A stretch of DNA of 64,000 nucleotides from Alphaproteobacteria bacterium (lineage in GTDB: Bacteria; Pseudomonadota; Alphaproteobacteria; MPNO01; UBA830). Position 1 is the first letter of the stretch, and each line of letters begins with the position of its first letter. The position numbers and the translations under genes are program-made. Positions 39,195-49,803 of the stretch are shown here, in pieces. Location of the stretch: assembly GCA_965243135.1 (NCBI GenBank), contig OZ251539.1:1280001-1344000 (forward strand), read 5' to 3'. The notes beneath the pieces were generated by a model that saw nothing but the letters and a program-made list of their open reading frames with translations, did not search any database and was not told the origin of the DNA.

Positions 39195-39646
39195 GGTCGT
39201 GCACCCTCAAGCTTGAAGAGATTCCTTCATTGGCACCTATAGCACAAATCGCGACCCGCGAAATCGATTTTGACCCGCCGTGAAGTTCGGAATTCTGGCA
39301 CGCAGTCGGACGCCGCCGAGCGAGATCCGGAGACCGCGGTGGGCCTGGAGTCGGCAGCGCTGGGCGAAACCCGCGTACCGGTGCCGTGAACGCGGAAAAG
39401 TAACGCAGACCGTTCCCAGCATGTCGGAGCTGAGCGCCAGAGTTCAGTGGGCGGACTCCACATGCGGTACGGATGTCGCACCCCTGTTGAAGAGACCGCC
39501 AAGCCTCGGAGAGAGAACGCCGCGACGAACGCAGATCGTTTGCCGAGCGCGAGATTGCCGAGAGGCTTCGTTCCGACGCGGCGAAGCAGGGGCGATTTCG
39601 CAAGCCGGACATGACGTTGAACGCCGTCCTGTCGCCGACCGGGAGG

Positions 39647-40130
39647 GTAAGCGTTCGCACCCGGGGACGAAAAAACTCGTCTGGGGACTGCTCACGGGAT
39701 TTTGACCCTTCGTCCTCATGGAGTTGGCGATACCGGATTCTTGCTTCGAAACGACAGACGGGCAGGGGGCTTTGCTGCTCGCAGCGACCCTCCGGCGGCG
39801 GGACGAGGCGTTGCGGCGGCGGGATGACGCGCGTCAAGAAGCGGAAGCGTTGCGCTGGAAGGAAGTAAGCGCGCGGCAGCAGGCGGCGTTCTGGCGGCGC
39901 GTCGGGCGCGAGACCGCGCTGAGGCGGTGCGCAAGGAACTGGAGCGCCCAGCGTCTCCGGTGAACAAACTCGAACGGGAGGTGAGCCGACTCCGGCATGG
40001 CGAAATCGAGAGCCGCTTGCGCTGCACGTCTTGAAATGGCTTTCAGGGCGCACGGCCCGATTCTGGCACGGAAAACTGCGAATTTTCCGCGCCGGGAACG
40101 CCGTTTTCTCGGATTCCGCCCCAAGCCGCT
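39647..40130 (+). mobile_element. IS66-like left-end relic, direct-repeat copy 1
   Basis: Begins GTAAGCGTTCGC; coiled-coil ORF remnant MELAIPDS...; aligns to 48499-48982. Confidence 0.65.
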
Positions 40131-40243
40131 ACCCCGGCGTGGGATCGCCCTGCGGCGTAGGCCGGCCCCTTGAAATCCGGCGAACCGGTCCTATATGTAG
40201 TTATGCACGGTAGTTTGTGCACAACTCAAGGGAGGCACTGAAA

Positions 40244-41389
40244 ATGGCTATCGACCCGCCTGATCAGGGGTTCATCTTCTGGCCGGTTGGCACCGGCGAC
40301 AGCACGACCATTCGCGTGGCGGAGAAAGTCTACCTGCAGGTGGACCTCCGGCACATGGCGAAATCCGAAGACGATAAGGACGCGGCTTGGCCCGTGATCG
40401 ACGAGTTGATCGAGATACTGCCGAAGCGGGATGGCGGGCCGTTCCTATCGGGGTTCGCTCTTACCCATCCCGATCTGGACCACTGTCAGGGCTTCGAGGA
40501 GCTCAACGAGCGCGTGTTTATCTCGGAGCTCTGGATGTCGCCAAGGACGTTCCGTGAAATCCGTGAGGACGAGGATCTTTGCGACGACGCGCAAGCCTTC
40601 CACGACGAAGCGATGCGACGCGTTGAAGCGACCATTGCGGCCGGTGGCGATCCTGGGCGCGGTGACCGGATTCGTATCATTGGTTACGACGACCTGCTTC
40701 AGGAGCCCGATTTCCAGGGCTTCCCCGAAGAATTCCTGTCCGTTCCGGGCCAAACCGTCACGACCCTCGACGGTGAAGAGCTCTCCGGGACATTCGAGGC
40801 GTTCGTTCACGCGCCCTTCAAGGACGACAGCTTTGGCGATCGGAACGAATGCAGCTTGGCCTTTCAGATAACTCTTCGCGACGGAGACGGCGTCGGCCGG
40901 GCGCTGCTCATGGGCGACCTCAATTACCCGATCGTCCGGCGCATCTTCGATCGTAGCGAGGCCGAAACGCTCGCCTGGAATGTGCTTCTGGCGCCCCATC
41001 ACTGCTCGAAGTCCGTCATGTACTGGAAAGACGAGGACGAGGAAACTCTGAAGCCCGAGATGGTGCGGGATATCGGTAATGCGGCCCTTGATCCGGGATA
41101 CGTTGTGTCGAGCTCGGAACCGGTGCCAGCGCGCAACGAGCCGGGAGACAACCCGCCGCACGCCAAGGCGAAGAGGCAGTACGAGCGCATCGTCCCCAAC
41201 GAGTTCCTGTGCACCCACGAACATCCGGACAAGAAGAATCCCGAACCGATCGTCTTCGAGGTCAGCGAGAACGGCTTCGCATACGTCGGCGAAAGCGAAG
41301 CGAGTAAGTCAATGGGCGACGCACTGAGAGCGGCCGGTGTTGCCGTAGCCCCTGCTGAGGCGGTCGGATTTGGTCGTGGCGCTGAGTGA
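40244..41389 (+). CDS. MBL-fold (ComEC-like) metallohydrolase of a 6A-MBL-type ubiquitin-like conjugation system
   Basis: FWPVGTGDS, LTHPDLDHCQG (HxDxDH), LLMGD, APHHCS. C-terminal tail AVGFG-RGAE. GGAGG RBS. Confidence 0.85.
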   Translation: MAIDPPDQGFIFWPVGTGDSTTIRVAEKVYLQVDLRHMAKSEDDKDAAWPVIDELIEILPKRDGGPFLSGFALTHPDLDHCQGFEELNERVFISELWMSPRTFREIREDEDLCDDAQAFHDEAMRRVEATIAAGGDPGRGDRIRIIGYDDLLQEPDFQGFPEEFLSVPGQTVTTLDGEELSGTFEAFVHAPFKDDSFGDRNECSLAFQITLRDGDGVGRALLMGDLNYPIVRRIFDRSEAETLAWNVLLAPHHCSKSVMYWKDEDEETLKPEMVRDIGNAALDPGYVVSSSEPVPARNEPGDNPPHAKAKRQYERIVPNEFLCTHEHPDKKNPEPIVFEVSENGFAYVGESEASKSMGDALRAAGVAVAPAEAVGFGRGAE

Positions 41390-44300
41390 AGGACAACGGA
41401 TTGCGCTTGCACAACTCCGGCGCATCGCCGACGCAGGTAGTTCCCCCCTCCGGATCATCGGTGTCGACGAAGAACCGGCCCCCGATGCTTCCCTGAACGT
41501 CGATATCACCCTCGATTGCGCGCGTCACAAGCGCATCGAGGGTGGCCTGCCGCTGCACGACCGAGAAGGCGTCACGCTCTCGATCCCTGTGGATTTCCCC
41601 TTCACTCCGCCATCCGTCGACACCGCCCACACCCGATTCCGCGGCTTTGGGCACGTACAATGGGAACAGCGTCTCTGCGTGTACTTGTCCGCCGAGACAC
41701 AGTGGATCCCTTCGCAAGGCATGTTCGGATTCTTGGCGCAGATCGACGAGTGGTTTCGACGCGGAGCCCGCAACGAACTCGACCGCCCCGAAGGCCCGTT
41801 GCATCCGCCGGTTGCCTATACGGCTGCCTCCACGGCGATCTGCGTGAATGCCGATACCCCGGACCGCGACACTTGGCCATGGTTCGGCGCGGCCGTACTG
41901 TCCCGGACCAAGTCCGACCTTCTCCAGGTCGACGCTTGGCGGCCTATACACGAGGTCCCGGACGATCAGCCGTTCGCGCCGGCTGCGCTGCTCGACTTTG
42001 AACTTCCGTTCGAATACCCCCGAACCGTCGATGATTTGCTCTGCTACCTTGAGAGCAGAGGTAACCCCGGCGATAGCTTGTTCAGGGACCTGATGCTGGC
42101 CTCCGACCGTGTCCCTGCGGGCACGCCGTTGTACGTAGGAATCGGCGCTCCCTCGCGCGGCATCGCGGGCGATGTTCATCAACGACGCCAGCACATCGCA
42201 TTCTGGGAAATCGAAGCGGCCGACGTCGCCACGCTGCGCACAGCCTCCCTCGCCCGCCGATTGAGCAATCTCTACAATGATCAAAATACCCCGACGGTGA
42301 TTTATGCATTGATCGACGACGGATTGAAAGCCCACCGCCAATGGCGTCGCAAAGCCTGCGTGCGCTGGTGCCGCGTGATTGAGAATCGGCCTGAGATCGT
42401 TACCCGACGAGACGAAGGTACGCCGATGGACTGGTTTCGCGGCAAACGGGTCGCGCTCTGGGGTTGCGGAGCGATCGGCGGGCTCATCGCGGAGCACCTC
42501 GCACGAACCGGGGTTGGCCAACTCACGCTCTACGATTATGGCCGTGTCACCCCGGGCGTGTTGGTGAGACAAAACTTCTCTGCAATCGACACCAATGAGA
42601 CGAAGGTCGCCGCGCTCGCGAGCCGGGTGCAATCGATCGCACCCGATGTCGCAGTAACGTCCAGATGCGAAGACATCATTTCTCAGACGTTGGCAGGAAC
42701 CGATTGGGACGCGGATGTCGACGTCATCATCGATGCGACCGCGTCCCTGTGGGTCAGAAGCAAGCTCGAGGCCGTACTCAAAGACCACGAACGGCGCATT
42801 CCAATCGCATCGGTAATGATGAGCGCTACAGCGCGACACGCCATGGCTGTCGTTGTCCCGCCCGGATATCAAGCTGGGCCCCTTGACGTCCATCGGCGTC
42901 TCGGTCTGGTCGCCGTGACACGGGACTGGTTGAGCGAATGGGCCAAGGCCTTCTGGATATCGGACGCCATTGAAGGCCTCCGTCAGCCTGAACCTGGATG
43001 CTCCGATCCCACCTTCGTGGCATCTCACGCCGATGTCGCCAGCTTGTCCGCACGAGCACTCAACGCGTTGGCTGAGAGACTTGCCGAGCCCGGCGACGCC
43101 GCCAGCGCCTTCCTTATTGCCCCGTCATCCGGCAACCCCCAACATCATTTTCGGTTTCCCCCGGATATTCGCTGGGTTGCCGGCGGACTCGACTTTCGGG
43201 TGTCGGCCAACGCCTGGCGGGACATGACCGGCTGGATCCGCACCGGCGCCCGTGAACGATCCCCGGAACACGAAACAGGCGGGTTGCTGTTCGGACAATT
43301 CGACGAGACTCTGGGAATCGCATGGGTGACAAACGTCAGTGGTCCGCCGCGGGACAGCAGTTTCTCCGCAGAGCGCTTCGTCTGCGGAACGCACGGTACA
43401 ACGGATCTGTGCGAGGACTACGAAGAGCGGACCCACCGGATCGCGCGTTACGTCGGAACCTGGCACTCCCATCCGATCAGCCCGGCCCGGCCCAGCGCCA
43501 CGGACTACAACGGCATCGCCACCATCTTCGCGAGCGCGCCTGATAACGGCGCTCACCAGCTCATGGTCATCGTCGGACATGCAGCCGAACGGGAGCCGCA
43601 ACTCGGGGCCTACGCGTTCGAGAAGCGAGATTTGACCAAGCGCCGCGCCGGACTTGCAATGGCAGCGCACGGCGGAGTGACGACGCCGCCTCCCTTGGCG
43701 CCGCTTCCTAAAAAGATCGGGTTATCGCTGTCCGGCGGCGGATCGCGCGCCGTCGCATTTCATCTCGGCACGCTTCGGGCTCTCGAAGACCTCAAGTTGC
43801 TTGATGAGATCGATGTGATCTCCGGTGTATCGGGTGGATCGATCATAACCGGCCTAATGGGCTATACCGAGGCTCCTTTCGCTCAAATCGACCGCAACGC
43901 GGTCGAATTCCTCCGACGCGGCCTGGTAAGGCCGGCACTCAGAAAACTCCTGAATCCCGCACGCACTGCACAGCTTCTGTGGAACCTTGCGGTCGTGGCC
44001 GTGCCGACAGCGGCAACCGGGGTTATCGCATGGTCGGCAAGTCGGCTCGCTTCGTTCTTTCCCGTGCTTCGCCATGCCAGCGACATCGTTTCGCGCTGGT
44101 CGTGGCCGCTTCGATGCCATTATTCGCGCACACATGTTCTTGCAGACGCGATCGCCGACGTAGTTGGCGCGCAAAACTGCGACGCGCCCACACGCCAAGG
44201 CAAGTCAATCGTCTTCAACGCGTGCGAACTGCGGACCGGCACCGCGTTTCGTATGAGCAACGAACGCTTCGGCACTTGGAGATATGGCTGGGCGCCCGCG

Positions 44301-44870
44301 AGCGAACTCCGAATCGCCGACGCAGTCGCGGCCTCGGCCGCCTATCCACCACTCCTGCCGCCGTTCGACTGGAGCCGTCCCTTCGAGCGAAACGGAAAGA
44401 CCAAGATGCACCGCGTGATAGTCACCGACGGCGGCGTCTTCGAGAACCTCGGAGTAAGCGTGATGGAACCGGGGCGGGATGTTGCAGTCAGCGTGACCGC
44501 CTACAACCCCGACATCATCATCGCGAGCGACGCGGGAGCCGGGCAATTCACTGGCGAGACCGTACCCATCAGTTGGCCAATACGAATGATCCAGGTCGTC
44601 GCTGCGGTCATGCGCAAGATTCAGGACGCTACCAAACAGCGGCTGCACGACCACGCGAAATCCGGGCGACTTGACGGCTTCATCTACGCGAATCTGGGCC
44701 AGGTCGATCAAAGGGTGCCTTTGAAACCCGCCAACTGGGTGGATCGCGAGGAAGTGATCCATTACCCAACCGACTTCTCCGCAATGTCGGAAGAAAACAT
44801 TCGGAAGCTTTCCGGACGTGGTGAAGCTATCACTCGGGCACTGGTGACGCAGTATCTGCTCAGCGACTGA
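41376..44870 (+). CDS. E2-E1(ThiF)-JAB-patatin phospholipase fusion
   Basis: E2: FPFTPP.V...HVQW..RLCVYL. E1: VALWGCGAIG, VLVRQNF, DATAS, PEPGCSDPTF. JAB: HETGG...WHSHP...PSATD. Patatin: LSGGGSR, GVSGG, DGGVFENLG. Overlaps the MBL stop. Confidence 0.88.
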   Translation: MALSEGQRIALAQLRRIADAGSSPLRIIGVDEEPAPDASLNVDITLDCARHKRIEGGLPLHDREGVTLSIPVDFPFTPPSVDTAHTRFRGFGHVQWEQRLCVYLSAETQWIPSQGMFGFLAQIDEWFRRGARNELDRPEGPLHPPVAYTAASTAICVNADTPDRDTWPWFGAAVLSRTKSDLLQVDAWRPIHEVPDDQPFAPAALLDFELPFEYPRTVDDLLCYLESRGNPGDSLFRDLMLASDRVPAGTPLYVGIGAPSRGIAGDVHQRRQHIAFWEIEAADVATLRTASLARRLSNLYNDQNTPTVIYALIDDGLKAHRQWRRKACVRWCRVIENRPEIVTRRDEGTPMDWFRGKRVALWGCGAIGGLIAEHLARTGVGQLTLYDYGRVTPGVLVRQNFSAIDTNETKVAALASRVQSIAPDVAVTSRCEDIISQTLAGTDWDADVDVIIDATASLWVRSKLEAVLKDHERRIPIASVMMSATARHAMAVVVPPGYQAGPLDVHRRLGLVAVTRDWLSEWAKAFWISDAIEGLRQPEPGCSDPTFVASHADVASLSARALNALAERLAEPGDAASAFLIAPSSGNPQHHFRFPPDIRWVAGGLDFRVSANAWRDMTGWIRTGARERSPEHETGGLLFGQFDETLGIAWVTNVSGPPRDSSFSAERFVCGTHGTTDLCEDYEERTHRIARYVGTWHSHPISPARPSATDYNGIATIFASAPDNGAHQLMVIVGHAAEREPQLGAYAFEKRDLTKRRAGLAMAAHGGVTTPPPLAPLPKKIGLSLSGGGSRAVAFHLGTLRALEDLKLLDEIDVISGVSGGSIITGLMGYTEAPFAQIDRNAVEFLRRGLVRPALRKLLNPARTAQLLWNLAVVAVPTAATGVIAWSASRLASFFPVLRHASDIVSRWSWPLRCHYSRTHVLADAIADVVGAQNCDAPTRQGKSIVFNACELRTGTAFRMSNERFGTWRYGWAPASELRIADAVAASAAYPPLLPPFDWSRPFERNGKTKMHRVIVTDGGVFENLGVSVMEPGRDVAVSVTAYNPDIIIASDAGAGQFTGETVPISWPIRMIQVVAAVMRKIQDATKQRLHDHAKSGRLDGFIYANLGQVDQRVPLKPANWVDREEVIHYPTDFSAMSEENIRKLSGRGEAITRALVTQYLLSD

Positions 44871-45129
44871 TCGTTCCGCCGCTTCCGGAAGGGTATCAGA
44901 ACCAAGCCTCTCGGAAAATGCTGAGGAGATGTCGCTCAATTTCGCAAACCTTGCGGATTTCCCAGCGCGATAAGTACTTGGCTGCCAAATGCGCGCCCGG
45001 TAAGACAACCTTCGGCGATCAGGCCTTCGCCAATCGTCCTGACAACGGTACCGATGGCGTTTGAGTTATCTTCTTGAGGGTGCAAGTCTGATCGCCAAAC
45101 CGGAAACAGCTATAGATTTTCACCGGTCA

Positions 45130-46190
45130 CGAAGTACGGGCTGCGACCGTCGGGCGTTCGGGGTCAGCGTTCGTCAAGGAAGGCGCCGAACGAGAGGGGG
45201 CGTTCGTCGATTTCGAGGTCGGGCAAGCGGATCGTCGCGCTGTGCCGGGCGGTGCCCGGGATGAGAGGGGCGGCTCGCGGGGGCACCAAGGTCGGACTGC
45301 GCGGACGCAGAAGACCCGCGCTGTCGGTCCGGTGCTTTCGGACGCGCAAGGGGTCGTTTTCGCAGGTCGACAACGACTCGGGCTGACGGCGGCCGATTGC
45401 CGCGCTCTCCTGTCCACTGCACGCCGCCGGCCAAACTCTTCGGAGAGTTGGGGGCTGTCGTCGAGCCACGCGTCCGTTGGAGACGACGGGCGGTCTCCAG
45501 AAGGAAAAGGGAAGGGGCCCGCGAGACGGAAACGGTGCGAAGCCGTTTTCTGCGCCGTCTCGCTCGACGGGTTTGCCCCGACGGGTTCGCCCCGACGGGG
45601 ACGAAGAGGCGCATGGGCGCGAAGCGTCCTGCGGGGCGGTCAGTTTCCAGGACGCGGAGGGCGTGAAAACGCTCGGTTTCGGGCCGGAAGCCGGTAAGGC
45701 GACAGCGCGACTCGCCGAAGAGGTCGCCCGCCAGGGCGCGGCTCGAGCTGGTCGCCGACGCCGCGCCTGACAACTGGACGTTTCTCGACAAGCTCCGGTC
45801 CGACGAACGGGCGGTCGATTTTTTCTTGCGCATCTCGGCGAGGCCCCCGCCCGTCGCGAGCGCTGCCACGAAAAGTACCGTGCCGTCCTGCGCGACGACG
45901 TCGACGGCAAGGTCGGCGCTCTCCGCGACAAGGCGACGACGGAAACGGCGCTCAAGGTTTTCGAGCGCGAGCTTTTCCGCAAGCGCAGGCGCGCGCTACG
46001 CGAGCCTCAAGCAAGGCCAGCGGCTGCACGGTCGGGCGTCGTCCGCCAACAAGGTGCTGGTCGACCAGCGCATGAAGCGGGCGCGCTGGAGCGTCGAACG
46101 GAGTCGAAACGTCCTCGCCCTCGGAGCATTGGTCGGACCGTCTGGCATGGCGACTAGAGCTGCGAACCAGGCGTTGAACGTCGCCTGACG
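45130..46190 (+). pseudogene. Degenerate ISKra4-like transposase
   Basis: Fragments LVADAAPDNWTFLDKL....AVDFF and SANKVLVDQRMKRARWSV....VLAL. Confidence 0.6.
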
Positions 46191-46383
46191 GCGGAAATCC
46201 CGATCCCGTAAATAAACCAGAGATTTTTGGCAAAAAAGATCCGCACCCGTCGGCAGGCGTGGGAAACAATGATCAAAATTTATGCCGCAAATCAGGGACG
46301 ACCGGCTTTGCAGCTTGACAATGGAACGCTTGGTGCAGTATTGGCCATACGAGGCCCGCAATTGTCACGAGGGAAGATTCGGT

Positions 46384-48495
46384 ATGAAAGCCGTTCGGTT
46401 TCGTGTTCAGAATTTCCGCAATATCGATGATAGCGGCTGGATACCCTTGGAACGGGTAACCGCTTTCGTTGGCCGAAACGAGTCTGGAAAGACCTCGTTG
46501 CTCAAGGCGCTTCACAAGTTCAATTCAGCTACACCGGAGCCCTATGATGAGCCCTATGATGCGCAACGAGAATTTCCTCGGGATCGGTATGTGCGCGACT
46601 ATGTCGCCAAAGGCTCGAAAGGCGAAGACTGGCCCGTCTGCTCGGTCGAGTTCGAACTTCCAGAACACCTTCGGGCGGAAATCGGTCAGATCCTCGAACA
46701 GAGTGGAGAACCACCGACCAAGACCACCCTGACACGCCATTACGATGACTCGCTCGCGTTCGAGTATACGCCGCCGCTGGACGAGCGACCGCTTGCGCCC
46801 GATCCAGTGATTGCCGCGCTCGATAAGTTTGCTTCGAGCGCCCGTCGGCTTGAGGTGCCGGCCGAGGGCCGGAAAGAATTTACGGCAAAACTGCGCAAGG
46901 AATTGACCGAATGGGCGACGGTTTGGAAAGACAAGCTGAAGAATGTCGTCGATCTATGCGGCGATGAGGGAAAAGCGCTCTTGACCGAGCTTCGAGAAGA
47001 GAATGAAGACAATATCATCCCGCAGATTGCCGACATCGTAGAAGCGCTTCAAGCCGCTATCGAACCGGTCTTGGGCGCTGCAGAAAAAGGTTCAATTACT
47101 AATCGGATTGACGAGTTGATCGAGGACAATCTTCCCGTTTTTATTTATTTCGAGAACTACGGTATTATCAGAAACGCTATCTGGCTACCCCGTCTTGTTG
47201 CTGATTTAGGACGAAGCGAGATTAGTCCTCGTGTGCGCTCGATCAGTGCTATGTTCCGCCATGTCGGTCTTGATCCGGAGCAGATTAGAGACCTTGGCTA
47301 CGAACGGGTGGGGCAACAACGAGACCGTGGGCAGATGTCGGCAGATGTTTCCGCCGATCTGAAACGTAAGGCAGAGCGTGCGATTCTTCTGAACGCGGCT
47401 TCGCTCGACATTAGCCAAAAATTTTCGGCGTGGTGGTCGCAACGCCGTCACAAGATTCGTTATCAAGCCGATGGCGATTATTTCCGTATCTGGGTCGCCG
47501 ATGACCGCCGTCAGGACGTGGAAATTGAACTCGAATCTCGTAGCAGAGGATTTCAGTGGTTCTTCTCATTCTACCTCGTATTCTTGGTTGAGTCCGAGCA
47601 CTTCCACAAGAATGCTATTTTATTGCTTGACGAGCCGGGTCTGCATCTTCACCCGACCGCGCAGCAAGAGTTGATCCAATTTTTCAAGAAACTTTCGGAA
47701 ACCAATCAACTAGCTTATACGACTCACTCGCCCTTCCTGATTGACGGAGAGCATTTGCATCGCGTGAGGCCGGTCACGGAAGACGACAGTGGCCGGTGCC
47801 GGATAACGGCGGAGACGTGGTCGAAGGACCGTGAGACGATTTTCCCGCTTCAAGCTGCCGCAGGATACGCGATGGTTCGTGGTCTCTTCCAGCATCGAAA
47901 AAATGTTCTGGTCGAAGGAATAACCGACTTTTATTACCTGCATGCGCTGTCCCAGCAATGCGCGAGATCCGGTCGAATCGCGCTGCCGGACGATATCTAC
48001 ATAACGCCGTGCGGCGGCACGAAGCTTGTCGGATACCTTGCTTCGCTGTTTCTCGGCCAAGAGGTTCGACCATTGATTCTTCTTGATGGCGACCAAGCTG
48101 GCCAAGTCCGTAGGGACGCGCTGATGAGTGAGCTATACGCCGGGCACGATTCCGAAATCCTGATGCTTGATTCCGTGCTGAATCGTGCGGAACAGGAGGT
48201 CGAAATCGAAGACATCCTCGGCGAGAAAATTGTTCTTGAGGCATTTGATGCCGTCATTGGCGGGGCTCCCGCTATGAATGGAGAAAACTTGCCGGCTGGA
48301 AGCGTTCCGAGCCGGATAAAGGCAGCTGCAAAGGATCAGGAGATCGACCTTCCAGGCGGCTGGAAAGCGTCCGTTGCCTTGCACCTCGTGTCGGATTGGG
48401 CTGAAAAGGGGACGATTCTTCCGGACCACGTTCTCGATACTGCGGTCCTATTGTTCACTGCGATCAACGACAGATTTGAAGGGGTGAAAGTCTGA
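46384..48495 (+). CDS. OLD-family ATP-dependent nuclease (ABC-type ATPase + TOPRIM)
   Basis: VQNFRNI, VGRNESGKT, SRGFQWFFSF, LLLDEPGLHLHP, TTHSPF, VLVEGITD, LLDGD..G, EIED. Confidence 0.85.
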   Translation: MKAVRFRVQNFRNIDDSGWIPLERVTAFVGRNESGKTSLLKALHKFNSATPEPYDEPYDAQREFPRDRYVRDYVAKGSKGEDWPVCSVEFELPEHLRAEIGQILEQSGEPPTKTTLTRHYDDSLAFEYTPPLDERPLAPDPVIAALDKFASSARRLEVPAEGRKEFTAKLRKELTEWATVWKDKLKNVVDLCGDEGKALLTELREENEDNIIPQIADIVEALQAAIEPVLGAAEKGSITNRIDELIEDNLPVFIYFENYGIIRNAIWLPRLVADLGRSEISPRVRSISAMFRHVGLDPEQIRDLGYERVGQQRDRGQMSADVSADLKRKAERAILLNAASLDISQKFSAWWSQRRHKIRYQADGDYFRIWVADDRRQDVEIELESRSRGFQWFFSFYLVFLVESEHFHKNAILLLDEPGLHLHPTAQQELIQFFKKLSETNQLAYTTHSPFLIDGEHLHRVRPVTEDDSGRCRITAETWSKDRETIFPLQAAAGYAMVRGLFQHRKNVLVEGITDFYYLHALSQQCARSGRIALPDDIYITPCGGTKLVGYLASLFLGQEVRPLILLDGDQAGQVRRDALMSELYAGHDSEILMLDSVLNRAEQEVEIEDILGEKIVLEAFDAVIGGAPAMNGENLPAGSVPSRIKAAAKDQEIDLPGGWKASVALHLVSDWAEKGTILPDHVLDTAVLLFTAINDRFEGVKV

Positions 48496-48498
48496 CAT

Positions 48499-49700
48499 GT
48501 GAGCATTCGCTATACAGGGAACGAAAAAATTTGTCTGGGGATTGGTCACGGGATTTTGACCATCCGTCCTCATGGAGTTGGCGATACCGGATTCTTTCTT
48601 CGAAACGACCGACGGGCAGGGGCTTTGCCGCTGGCAACGACCCTCCGGCGGCGGAACGAGGCGTTGCAGCAGCAGGACGACGCGCGTCACGAAGCGGAAG
48701 AGCGTTGCGCTGGAAGGAAGTAAGCGCACGGCAGCAGGCGGCGTTCTGGAAGATGCAGCGCGTCGGGCGTGAGACCATGCTGAAGCAGCGCGCAAGAAAC
48801 TGGAGCGCCCGGTGTCTCGCGAACTCGAACGGGAGGTGAGCGGCCTCCGGCAGGGCGAAATTGCAAGTCGCTTGCGCTGTACGTCAAAAAATGGCTCAAA
48901 GGTGCGGCCCGATTCGGGCACGGAAAATCGCGAATTTTCCGCGCCGAGAACGCCGTTTTTGCAGCTTCTACCCCAAGCCGCTCCGCGACCGCAAACGATC
49001 GCCCGCGTTCGGACATCGCTTCGGGTTCGCCGCGCCGCATCAGGCCTGTCTGCAAACCGGAAATATGCTTTTGTTCCGTGTTCGCCAGCCTGCCTTGGGG
49101 CCTGCCGACGGCTGGCCGGGGCGGTCCGCGGGAGCGCCGAACGGACGGCAGCCGACAATAATCGCGCGGCGCAAGCGCCTCGGTTGAGGGCGCGGCATGA
49201 CGAGCGCGGCGATGCTCGTCTGAAGGCACGCAACCGCAAGCTCGTCCAGGACGGGTACGGCAACGAACGTTCATGCCCGCGACGCCCGGGCAGCGGCCCG
49301 ACAACGCGAGAGCCTCGTCGTCGGGGCCGAAAGCCGGGGTCGCCGTCGAACGGGCGTGCGCTGCGCAACGCCGGTGGAGCTTCTTGAGCCGGAGGAGCGT
49401 CGCTGTTCGAACTGCGGCAAGCCGCTCCGGCGAGACCGGGCGTGGCCCGACCCCGGGAAGAGGGAATTTATCGCTGCGGCAGGGGTGCTCGCCGGCCGGT
49501 CCGGCACTGCCATCGCGACGGAGACCGCCTGTGTCGCGCTTCGGAAGGGAGAAATCTTCCGCTGGAGTTATCCAGGGATTTTGCGTCGAGGCTCCTCGAC
49601 AAACATCGGCGCAATGCCGCGTTCAGCCACTGTCTTCCCGCTCGCTATCTCGGCAGTGGCGTTGCTTCTCTGGAGAATGACGCTTTGCCGTTTCCGAAAA
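48499..49700 (+). mobile_element. IS66-like relic (direct-repeat copy 2 plus TnpC fragments)
   Basis: GTGAGCATTCGC end; 48499-48982 matches 39647-40130. RRRGRKPGS..NGR and LEPEERRCSNCGKPL zinc-finger fragment. Confidence 0.6.
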
Positions 49701-49803
49701 ATATGCGATTCCCTTAATGCATTGCTCTCGACAGCTTCTTGATCTGGACAACGACTGCGGCCGGCGCGAACGGGTGGGCCGTCTTTAAGGAAGGAAGTGC
49801 GGT

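Noticed and set aside
40244-44870. Type II CBASS
   Set aside because: No CD-NTase (no GS...DxD nucleotidyltransferase motif) nearby; the upstream gene is an MBL.
46384-48495. Gabija or retron-associated OLD
   Set aside because: No UvrD-like GajB or RT is adjacent.
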